This document shows, in pieces, positions 38,858 through 49,604 of a DNA stretch of 64,000 bases. The notes beneath the pieces are model-generated. The model saw only the letters and a list, made by a program, of their open reading frames with translations, searched no databases and had not been told where the DNA came from. The stretch is from NCBI RefSeq assembly GCF_044704955.1, contig NC_091995.1, forward strand, positions 17,732,001 to 17,796,000, written 5' to 3'. The number at the start of each line of letters is the position of its first letter. Position 1 is the first letter of the stretch. The position numbers and the translations under genes were made by a program. This DNA is from Pristiophorus japonicus (lineage: Eukaryota).

Positions 38858-41800
38858 ATGAAGATTACCATAGCCAGCCTCAACATCAACGGCGGCAGAG
38901 AGGCACACCGTAGATTTAACAATTTTTCACTCCTGCGGGAGGGGAAATATCCGGTGTGCTTCCTGCAAGAAACCCACACCGTTCCGGGAGACGAACCCAC
39001 GTGGCTCCTGGGATGGCAAGGAGATGTCCGCATGAGCCACCTCACTATCACTTCTTGTGGGGTGGCCATCTTGTTGGCCCCGCATTTTCAGCCGGAGATC
39101 TTGGGGGTCGAGGAGCCCGTGCCAGGCCGCTTGCTGCACGTCACAGTTCGCCTGGGGGACGTGCTGCTCCATCTCGTGAGCGTGTACGCCCCTCAGCCCG
39201 GACCGCAGCAAACGCGCTTCTTCGAAGAAGTGTCCGCTCTTCTTGGCTCCGTCAACGTCGGCGACTGCATTGTCCTCGGGGGGGATTTTAACTGCACCCT
39301 CAAGGCGAGGGACCGCTCCGGTGCCCCGCAGAGCATGACGGCGATGGAGAAGTTGAGGGACCTGGTCGGGTCCTTCGACTTGGTGGACGTCTGGCGAAAT
39401 CTCCATCCCGACTCCAGCGCCTTTACTTGGGTGAGGCCTGGAGTAGGATGGTCCAGAGTCGACCGCCATTACGTGTCTCGGGCATACGTTTCCTGCATTC
39501 CGGCGGCCTCCATGTGGCCGGTGCCGTGTTCGGACCACCACCTGGTGGGGCGGAGCTCGCTTCGCTCCGTGCGAGGACGGGGTCCACGTACTGGCATTTT
39601 AACAACCAGCTGCTGGAGGACGTGCGGTTCCAGGACTCGTTCCGTCGATTCTGGGCCGACTGGAGAAGGAAGCAGGGAGACTTCCCCTCATTGAGGCTAT
39701 GGTGGGACGTGGGCAAGGCTTCTGTCAAGAGTACGCGAGGGGGTCGACCAAGAGGTGGGCGGCCGGGGTCGGGCGCCTAGAAAAATAGGTGCTCGACCTG
39801 GAGTCCTGTCTCGGTCAAGTCGTCGAGGACCCGGCCCTGCGGATGGTGTACGAAGCGAAGAAGGCCGCGCTGAAGGACCTGCAGCTCGTCAGGTCCCGAG
39901 GCGCATTCGTGAGGTCGCGGATCCGGTTCCTGCAGGATCTGGACCACGGCTCCCCCTTCTTCTACTCGCTGGAAAAAGGACAGAGTGTCCGTAAGCAGCT
40001 CTTGACGCTGCTGGCCGACGACGGGACATATATTACGGGGCTCTGTTCTCTCCGGAGCCGTCCAGCGAGGAAGCGCGTAGAGTTTTGTGGGAGGACCTGC
40101 TGAAGGTCGGCCCGGAGGGCGCCGAAAATCTGGAAGCTCCGCTAAGCCTGGCGGAGCTGACCGGCGCCCTCGCCCGGCTCTCGAGCGGAAAAGCCCCGGG
40201 GCTGGACGGGCTGACCGTGCAGTTCCACAAGGTGTCCTGGGATGTGCTGGGGGGCGACTACGCGTGGGTCCTGGGGGAAAGTCTGGCGACTGGGGAGATG
40301 CCCCTCTCTTGGCGCAGGGCAGTCATCGGCCTGCTGCCTAAGAAAGGCGGTCTCCGCCTCCTTAAGAACTGGCGCCCGGTCTCCCTCCTCAGCACGGACT
40401 ACAAAATCTTCGCCAGGGCAATGTCTGCTCGCATTGGCGCCATGCTGGACCACATGATCCTCCACGACCAGTCCTACACGGTCCCGGGCCAGACAATCCA
40501 CGATAACATCCATCTGGTCCGGAACCTCATCCATCATTCCCAGGAGGCTGGTCTGTCGGTCGCCTTCCTATCACCCGACCAAGAGAAGGCGTTCGACAGG
40601 GTGGATCACGACTATCTGTTCGGAACTCTGCGCGCTTTTGGGTTTGGGACACATTTCGTTGCCCAGATCCGACTTTTGTACGCCGCCGCAGAGTGTCTGA
40701 TCAAGCTTAACGGGTCCTTGACGGCGTCCCTTCGCTTTGGGAGAGGGATGCGCCAGGGATGCCCCATGTCCGGCCAGTTATATGCCATCTGCGTGGAGCC
40801 TTTCCTGCGCCTCCTGCAGACGAGATTGATGGGACTGGCTCTGCAAGGGCCGGGCGTGGAGGTCGTCCTCTTGGCTTACGCCGATGACGTGCTCCTCGCG
40901 GTAGAGGATCCCGCTGACCTGCGGAGGATGCTTGAGTGCCAGGAGATTTACTCGGCCGCATCCTCTGCCAGGATCAACTGGGAGAAATGTTCCGGACTCC
41001 TGGTGGGTCAGTGGCGGGTGGACTCCGTGCCGGAGGAGCTCAGGCCTTTTACCTGGAGCACGACCCATCTCCTCTATCTGGGAGTCTACCTTAGCCCCAA
41101 CGAGGAAGCCTGGCCAGCGAACTGGCAAGAGCTGAAGGCCAAGGTCGCCGCTCGCCTAGGGCGCTGGACAGGACTGCTCTGAGTGCTGTCCTACAGGGGT
41201 CGAGCGCTAGTCATAAACCAGCTGGTGGCCGCCATGTTGTGGTACCGGCTGTTCACTTTGACCCCTCCCCCTGCGTTTGTCACCAAGATACAGAAGAAGC
41301 TGGTGGACTTCTTCTGGAACAATAGGAAGCATTGGGTCTCTGCCGTGGTCTTGAGTCTCCCGATTGGGGAGGGCGGTCAGTCGTTGATGTGCATCAGCAC
41401 CCAGCTCACGACTTTCCGTCTTCAGACCCTGCAGTGATACCTTTATGTCGAGCCGCCTCCTAGGTGGCATGCTCTGGCGACGTATTTCTTCCGCCAGCAG
41501 CACGGCCTCAAGTATGACACGCAGCTCCTGTTTGTGAGCTTGGGGGGCGTCAGGACCGCCTTCCAGGAGATGCCTGTCTTTTACATGGAACTCACCAGGG
41601 TCTGGAACAAAGTCTCCACCAAGCGCAGCTCTCCACCGGCTGGAGTGGCGGCTGTCCTGCAGGAGCTGCTGCTCGGGAATCCGTACCTCCACGACCGAGG
41701 TTTTAGGTGGCGGTCGGACGAGAGGGCTGCGGCTGGTGAGGTGACCAGGGTCAGGGACCTGCTCGATGGCGGAGGAGCGGGCTGGATGGCGCCAGACATG

Positions 41801-42703
41801 CTGGCGCAGTGCTTAACTTCCGCCAATGTCCGCCGCGTGGCCGATGCCATCGAGTCACTAAAAATAGCTCTGGGCTCTGACTCCGTTAGGTGCATCGTTG
41901 AGGCTCAAGCACGTGGGGAAATCCCGTCCGAACTGACCTCCGTTCGGTCGTAATTTCTCATCGGCGCCAAACCCTGGAACCTCCCTCGGGAGCCGGCGCC
42001 TCACAACTTGAGCCGCCTCGAGGAAATCCCCTCCGTGCCTTTCAGTTCCGCACGGAGGGGTTTCCTGTACGGGCTGCTCCTGCACACTCTCAACTTTGCC
42101 ATCCTCGCCTGCCGTCCGGACACGCCATGGCGTATCATCTTGCTGTCCGGAGGAGGCGGGGGTCCCCGATGGAGGGCACTCTACGCAGGAGTCCTCCCAC
42201 TATTCATCGGGGACTTGGCCTGGAGGGTGGTGCACGGAGCAGTGCCGTGCAATAAATTTTTAAGCCGGTTCACGGGCCCCCAGGCCGCCTGAAATTTCTG
42301 CCATCTGGAAGAATCCATGTTCCATGTTTTTATTGAATGCACGAGGTTGCAGCCCCTGTTTTATTATTTAAAGGTGCTGCTCCTGAAATTCTGGCTGCAC
42401 TTCAGTCCCACACTCCTGATCTTTGGGCACCCTGTGAGGAGGGGAGCGGGTAGGTCCGAGGGCCTCCTCGTAGGACTGCTCCTGGGCACGGCCAAGGGTG
42501 CCATCAGCCGGTCCAGGCAGCGGGCGGTCGAGGGGGTCGTTCAACCTGACTGCCTGCCTCTCTTCCACGCGTACATCCATGCCAGGATGTCCTTGGAGAT
42601 GGAGCACGCGGTGTCCACCGGTACGCTCGCGGCCTGCCGCGAGAGGTGTGCACCAGAGGGACTGGATTGCATCATCACGCCCGGCAATCAAATTTTAAAT
42701 TGA
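38858..42703 (+). pseudogene. Tx1 copy 2 ORF2 (EN-RT-ZnF), disrupted
   Basis: Starts MKITIASLNING; RT piece 40085..41182 with AYADD; C-terminal piece 42317..42703. Multiple stops and frameshifts. Confidence 0.93.
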
Positions 42704-42950
42704 TTTTATGTTTTAAAGTTTAATTTGTTTTAATTGCCGGTGTTTTAGTATCCCCCTCCCCTTTTATAGGGGGCACTTGGAGGAAAAAAAATATATGATT
42801 TTAGTGCCCAAAAAAACTTTAAAAAAAACAAAAACACAAAAAAAATTTCAAAACAAATACACAAAAAAAGGGCCTTGTAAATGTATGGTGTGCCCCTCAG
42901 ATCAGGGGACACGATTTAAGAATTAATGTTTTAGTTTCCTCCCAAAAGAG

Positions 42951-44640
42951 TTCTGTGGACAAGCACTCCAAGATCCCTTTTTTTACCGACACTTCTTAGT
43001 GGCCTACCATTTAATGTGTATACCCTTTCCTTATTAGCTCTCCCCAAATACATTGCCTCAAACTTCTGCGAACACAATTCCATTTGTCACTGTTCTTCCC
43101 ACATGACCAGTACATTGATATCCTCTTGCAGTCCATGGCATTCCTCTTCATTATCAACCACACAACCAATTTTAGAGTCCTTTGAAAACTTCTTAATCAT
43201 GATCCTTATATTCAAATCTATCATTGTTGTATACCAAAAAAGCAAGAGAACCAAGACTGAGCCCTGCAGAGCCCCACTGGAAGTCACAAAATTATCCATG
43301 AAACATTACACTTTGCTTCTTACCTCTAAGCCAATTTTAGATCCAACTTGCCACATTTCTGTGGATCCCATGGGCTTTAACCTTCTTGACCAATTTACCT
43401 TGTGGGACCTTATTAAAAGCTTTGCTAAAGTCCAGATACACTACATCATATGCACTATCCTCGTCGAGTCTCCAGGTTACCTCCTCAAAAAATTCAATCA
43501 GGTTAGCCAAGCACCATCTAACCTTTATATATACGTGTTGACTGTCCCTCATAAAACCTGGTATTTTAAATGTAGTTTTATGCTGTCGTTCAGGCTTTTT
43601 TCCAATAATGTTCCCACCACTGAGGTTAGTCTGACAGGCCTGTAATTACTCGTCCTATCCCCTTTTCTCTTCTTAAACAAGGGTACCATGTTAGCAGCCC
43701 GCCAGTCCTCTGGCATCAAACCCAAATACAAAACGGACTGGAAAATAATGGTCAACGCCTCTGCTCTTTCCTGTTTTGCCTCGTTCCTAGGATGCATTTC
43801 ATCCAGGCCTGGGGACTTATCTACTTTCAAAGTTGCTAAATCCATTTGTATCTCCTCTCTCACTATGTTTATTTCAGCCAGAATTTCACACTCCTCCTCG
43901 ATAGCAGTATCGGCATTGCCCCTTTCCTTTGTGAAAACAGATGCAAAGTATTAATTAAGAACCATACCAACTTCATCTGCCTCAATACAAAGATTACCCT
44001 CATGGTCTCTAATAGGCCCTACTCTTACTTTAGTTATCCCCTTGCTCTTAATACATTTATAGAACATCTTTGTTCCCCTTAATTTTACTGACCGAGAATT
44101 TTTCATGCTCTCTGAGCATTCCTCACATCCTTTCTAATTTTAGCTCTGAACTTTCTATATTCTGCCAAATAGAGTTTTTAGTCGTCGGTGTATGACATAA
44201 GCTTACCTTTTTTTCTTTACCCTCCCCTGTAAGTCTCTGGACATCCAGGGGACGCTAGAATTGTTATTCCCACCCTTTTTTCTTTAAGGAAAAATGTTTG
44301 GCCTGAGCCCTCCGGATCTCCTCCTTGAATGCCTCCCACTCTTCCAACACTGATTTCCATACAAGTAGCTGTTTCCAGTCCAATGCGCCAAATCACTTCT
44401 CAACTTAGCAAAATTAGCTTTTCCCCAATTTGGGACTTTTATTCCTGGTCTATAATCTTCCTTATCCATTATTACTTGAATCTGACTGAATTATAGTTGC
44501 TGGCAACTAAGTGCTCTCCAGCTGATTCTCCTTCTACCTGTCCAGCTTCATCCCCCCAAACAAAATCTAAAACCGCCCCCTCTTGTGTTGGACTTCTTAA
44601 GTACTGAGTAAAAATGTTCCCTTGAATGCATTTTAAGAAT
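42951..44640 (-). mobile_element. CR1/HER1-like LINE, 5' continuation of the Tx1 host element
   Basis: Motifs DKSPGLDEMHPR, NYRPVRLTSVVG, YLDFSKAFNKVP, FSKDSKIG; resumes exactly after the TSD. Confidence 0.85.
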
Positions 44641-45360
44641 CCCCCATTTTAAGAAGTCCTTGTACATGAAACACAGAAAGTTGGTATGCAGGTACAGCAA
44701 GTAATCAGGGAGGCAAATGGAATGTTGATCTTTATTACAAGGGGGATAGAGTATAAAAGCAGATGCGTCCTGCAACAACTGTACAGGGTTATTGGTGAGG
44801 TCACACCTGGAGTACTGCGTACAATTTTGGTCTCCATATTTAAGGAAGGATCTGCTTGCATTGCAGGCTGTTCAAAGGAGGTTCACAGGTTGATTCCAGA
44901 GATTAGGGGGTTGACTTAATGAAGATAGATTGAGTAGATTGAGCCTCTGCTCAATGTCATTCAGAAGAATGAGAGGTGCTCTTATCGAAACATATAAGAT
45001 AATGTGGGGGATTTACAAGGTGGATGCAGAGAGGAGATTTCCACATAGGGGAAATTAAAATGAAGGCACATAGCCTCAGAATAAGAGGTCATCCATTTAA
45101 AACTGAGATGAGGTGGAAATCCTTCTCTCAGAGGGTTGTAAATCTATGGAATTCTCTGTCCCAGTTAGCTGTGGAGGCTGGGCCATTGAATATATTTAAG
45201 GAGTAGATAGATAGACATTTGAGCTATAAGGGAATAAAGAGTTATGGCAGCGGGCAGGGAAGTGGAACTGAGTCCGTGATCAGGCATGATCTTATTAAAT
45301 GGCGGAGCAGGCTCGTGGGGCCGGGGGGCCTACTTCTACTCCTATTTCTTATGTTCTTAT
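44640..45360 (+). mobile_element. CR1-like 3' fragment
   Basis: ORFs 44686..44919 and 45024..45206; ttcttatgttcttat tail. Confidence 0.8.
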
Positions 45361-45369
45361 ATTATTAAA

Positions 45370-45945
45370 ATGAATGACCTCCCATTTACATGTGTTGAAA
45401 TCTAACAGCCAATGCTTTGCCCAATCTATTAATATCTCTTTATAATTTTATGTTCTCATCTACACAATATTTTTGTCACCTATCGTTACATTTTTAGTAA
45501 ACTTGGATATAGGACTGTCTATTGTGGTATCTAATTCATTGACACATATAGTGAATAATAGAGGCCCCAGCACAGATCCTTGTGGGACATCACCAATTAA
45601 TTCCTTCAAATTCGAGTACATACCCATTATCCCTACTCTGTGTCTGCCATTGCCTAAACCGATCATTGAACCACGTCAATAATTTGCCTTCATTTGCATG
45701 AGCTTTATTTTCAGCCAACTGTCTCTTATGTGGAACTTTATTGAATGCTTTCTTGTAATCCATATAAACTACATCCATAGACATTCCTCTGCCTACTATA
45801 TTCGTCACTTCCACAAAAAATGCATAGTTAGGCATGATCTATTCTTTACAATTTCACGTTGGCTCTCTCCAATCAACTCAAATTTCTCCAACTGCTCAAG
45901 CACTCTGTCCTTAATTATAAATTCTAATAACATCCCCACAACTTG
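45370..45945 (-). mobile_element. CR1-like RT fragment
   Basis: YMDYKKAFNKVPH and VPQGSVLGPLLF. Confidence 0.8.
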
Positions 45946-45959
45946 ATTTTTCTATGGTG

Positions 45960-46220
45960 TTGGCTGTGGTTCAGTTGTTAGCACTCATGCCTCTAAGTCA
46001 GAAGCTTGTGGAGCACAAAAAAAATGTAGCCTGACACCCCAGTGCAGCACTGAGGGAGTACTACACTGTTGGATGTGCCATCTTTCAGATGAGACATTAA
46101 ACCGAAGTCCAATCTGCTCGCTCAAGTGGACGTAAAAGAGTCAATAGCAGTATATCGAAGAAGAGCAGGGGAGATCTCCTCAGTGCCTTGGCCAATATTT
46201 ATACCTCAATCAACTTCACG
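45960..46220 (+). mobile_element. SacSINE1-like SINE, 5' and Deu part
   Basis: tggttcagttgttagcactc head; gatgagacattaaaccga; gaagaagagcagggg. Confidence 0.7.
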
Positions 46221-47395
46221 AGAGCGGAGCAGGTGCGGGACTATAAAGGGCGGCGGCAGCTTGGAGCAGTGGCAGTCGGGAGGAGGCCAGCATCGCGAGA
46301 GCGGAGTGGGCACAGGACTACAAACGGTGGCGGCAACTTGGAGCAGAGGCAGTCGACAGGAGGCCAGCTGCAGCAGATGCAGAAAGTTATCATGAAGTAA
46401 AAATAAATCGATGTGTGACGTCATAACCAAGCGGGTAAGTCATTGGCTGGTGGATTGGTGAATATTTTATCTTTTTCTTTTTCTTTTCTTATCAGTAGGT
46501 AACCTTTGGCATTTTTGCCATATTAAGTTATTTTAAGGGTTAAGTCATGGCAGGAGAGCCCAGACCCGTGTCATGTTCCTCCTGTGCTATGTGGGAAATC
46601 AGGGACCCTTCCACTGTCCCTGACTACTATGTGTGCGGGAGGTGTGTCCAGTTGCAGTTCCTGTCAGACCGCATTGTGGCACTGGAGCTGCGCATGGATT
46701 CACTCCAGGGCATCCACGAGGCTGAGGATGTCATGAATCGCACGTTTAGTGAATTGGTCATACCGCAGGTAAAGGTTACAAAGGCAGATACGGAATGTGT
46801 GACCGTCAGGCAGAGCAGGAGTAGGAAGGTAGTGCAGGGGTCCTCTGTGGTCATCTCCCTCCATAACATATATTCCACTTTAGATACTGATGGGGGAGAT
46901 GACATATCAGGTGATGGCAACAGCAGCCATGTTCATGGCAGCATGGGTGGCTCTGCTGCACAGGAGGGCAGGAAAAAGAGTGGGAGAGCTATAGCGATAA
47001 GAGAATTCTATTGTAAAGGAAATTGATAGCCATTTCTGCGGTCGCAATCGAGACTCCACGATGGTATGCTGCCTCCCTGGTGCAAGGGTCAAGGGTGTCT
47101 CGGAGTGGCTGCAGGGCATTTTTGAGGGGGAGGTTGAACAGCCAGTTGTCGTGGTGCTTATTGGTACCAAACATATAGGTAAAAAAACGGATGAGGTCCT
47201 ACAAGCTGAATTTAGGGAGCTAGGTGTTAAATTAAAAAGTAGGACCTCAAAGGTAGTAATCTCAGAATTGCTACCAGTGCCACGTGCCAGTCAGATTAGA
47301 AATAGCAGGATAGTTAAGGTGAATACGTCGCTTGAGGAATGGTGCAAGAGGGAGGGATTCAAATTACTGGTCTATTGGAACCAGTTCTGGGGGAC
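46221..47395 (+). mobile_element. CR1 LINE 5' end: 5' UTR plus ORF1 (zinc finger/leucine zipper and SGNH esterase domain)
   Basis: ORF 46547: CSSCAMWE...CGRCVQLQFLSDRIVALELRMDSL. After a frameshift, VCCLPGARV..V...PVVVVLIGTKHIG...VVISELLPVP, the typical CR1 ORF1 esterase. Confidence 0.82.
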
Positions 47396-47449
47396 GTATC
47401 TCACCCCATTTTGTATTTCATTTACTTCATCAATGCACAACATCGCCCA

Positions 47450-49600
47450 CCTACTGTAGCTCGACCACAGAGCTTGGGGTGGTTTTGGACATGGCCTGGA
47501 GATGGCGAAAGTTGAACAGCTACCCACTGATTCTGTAGTTTATTTCCACTCCAGCGGGGAGCTTGTTGACTGTGAGGTGGAGCATGGCAGCAAGGAAGAT
47601 TGAGAAGAGGTTTGATATGATGATGCAGCCATGTTTGACCCCGGTCCGGATGTGGATTGGGTCTGTAATGGATCCGTTGGTAAGGATCACAGCCTGCATG
47701 TCATCGTGCAGCAGGCGGAGGATGTTGACGAACTTTTGGGGGCATCTGAAATGGAGAAGGACGCTACATTGACCCTCATGGTTGACATTATCAAATGCAT
47801 TTGAATGTTCGAAGAAGGCCATGTATAAGGGCTGGCGCTGTTCCCTGCATTTACCTGCAGCTGTCGCGCTGCAAAAATCATGCCTGTTGTGTCCCATAGG
47901 AGACAAAATCTGCACTGCGACTCCGGGAGGAGCTCCTCGACCACAGGGAGAAGACGGTTGTGGAGGACTCTAGCAACAACTTTCCCAGTGGCTGATAGTA
48001 GGGAGATTCCTCTCTAGTTGCCGCAGTCGGAATTGTCCCCTTTTTTAAAGATGTTCACGATCGCTGCATCTCTGAGATCTGCCGGCATGCTCTCCTCCCT
48101 CCAGATGAGAGAGAAGAGGTCATGTATCCACGCCAACAGTGCCTCTCCACCATATTTCAGTGCCTCAGCAGGGATTCCATCCGCTCCCATAGCCTTGTTG
48201 TTCTTAAGCTGTCTTATGGCTTTTTCTACCTCGTGCAGTGTTGGGGTTTTACTGAGGTGGTAGCGGGTCGCATACTGCGGGATGGAGTCGAGAACACTCG
48301 AGTCAAAGGCAGAGTCTCGATTGAAGAGATCTTCGAACTGCTCCTTCCACGGGCACTGACTGCCTCGGTGTCCTTGATGAGTGTGACCCCGTTCTTGGCC
48401 AGGAGTGGGGTGGAGCCTCAGGAGTTTTGACCGTAGGTGGCCAAGACTTCGATGAAAAATCCTCACCCGTCATGGCTGTCAGCCAGCTGCGCTATCCCCT
48501 GTGCTTTCTCCATCCACCACCTGTTCTTTAGGTCCCCGGGTTTTTTGTTGGACCTCAGCATTGAGCCACCTGTAATGCTGCTTTGCTGCTCCCGAATTGG
48601 GTTGTTGCTTAAGGCTCAGAAATACTCTGTGCTTGCGATCAATTATCTCTTGGATCTCCTATGCATTCTCATCAAACCAGTCCTGGTGTTTACTGATTGC
48701 CTGCAAAGAGATGCTCGGTCACTCAATGGTTATGGTGGCCTGGAGGGCAGACCAAGCGCTGTGGGCATTCTACATTTCAGGGTCGTCAAGGCACGCCAGG
48801 TTAGCTGTGAGGCGCTGACTGTATTAGCTCCTATACTTCAGGAGCCTCTCATCACCAAGAGCAGATAACGAGATTCAACACCGCCTCCAGTGCACCAGTG
48901 CAGCCTTCAGCCACCTGAGGAAAAGAGTGCTCGAAGACCAGTTCCTCAAACCTACCACCAAGCTCATGGTCTACAGGGCTGTAATAATACCCACCCCCTG
49001 TATGGCTCACAGACATGAATCATGTACAGTAGACACCTCAAGTCACTGGAGAAATGATGTCTCAGCAACATGCTACAAATCCCCTGGGTGGCAGATGCAC
49101 CAACATTAGCGTCCTCGACCAAGCCAACATCCCGAGCATTGAAGCACTGACCACACTTGATTAGCTCCGCTGGGCAGGCCACATTGTCTGCGTGCCAGAC
49201 ACGAGACTCCCAAAGCTAGTGCATCTACTCAGAACTCGCGGCAAACGAGCCAAAGGTGGGCAGAGGAAACGTTACAAGGACACCCTGAAAACCTGCCTGA
49301 TAAAGTACAACATTCCCACTGACACCTGGGAGTCCCTGGCAAAAGACCACCTAAGTGGAGGAAGTGCTTCAAGGAGGGCGCTATGCACCTCGAGTCTCAA
49401 TGCTGAGAGCATTCAGAAATCAAACACAGTCAGCGGAAAGAGAGTGCGGCAAAACAGTCCCACCCTCCCTTACCCTCAATAACTATCTGTCTAAACTGTG
49501 ACAGGGACTGTGGCTCTCATATTAGACTGATCAGCCACCTAAGGACTCACTTTAGGAATGGAAGCAAGTCTTCCTCGATTCCGAGGGACTGTCTATGACA
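47450..49600. mobile_element. RTE-clade LINE with 5' inversion (47450-48830 minus, 48830-49600 plus)
   Basis: Minus part: LKNNKAMGADGIPAE, KCREQRQPLYMAF, TGVKHGCI, VELQ. Plus part: EIQHRLQ..SAAF..LRKRV, TKLMVYRAV, RWAGH..MPDTRLPK, GGQRKRYKDTLK and a terminal CxxC...H. Confidence 0.85.
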
Positions 49601-49604
49601 ATGG

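Larger units (their letters stand above)
35774..42950 (+). mobile_element. Full-length Tx1-clade non-LTR retrotransposon, copy 2 (7177 bp, defective)
   Basis: Starts with the same nucleotide string as copy 1 (CAATGGTGGAGC), ends AAAAGAG, and is followed by TTCTGTGGAC at 42951-42960. Confidence 0.95.

Noticed and set aside
29678-42691. Numerous long overlapping or antisense ORFs within the Tx1 pair
   Set aside because: Expected in GC-rich sequence with few stop codons; boundaries are not preserved between the two copies.
28582-42950. Host CpG island, or LTR element with two long repeats
   Set aside because: CpG richness coincides exactly with the Tx1 boundaries; the repeats are complete EN-RT non-LTR elements with no integrase, protease or TG..CA ends.
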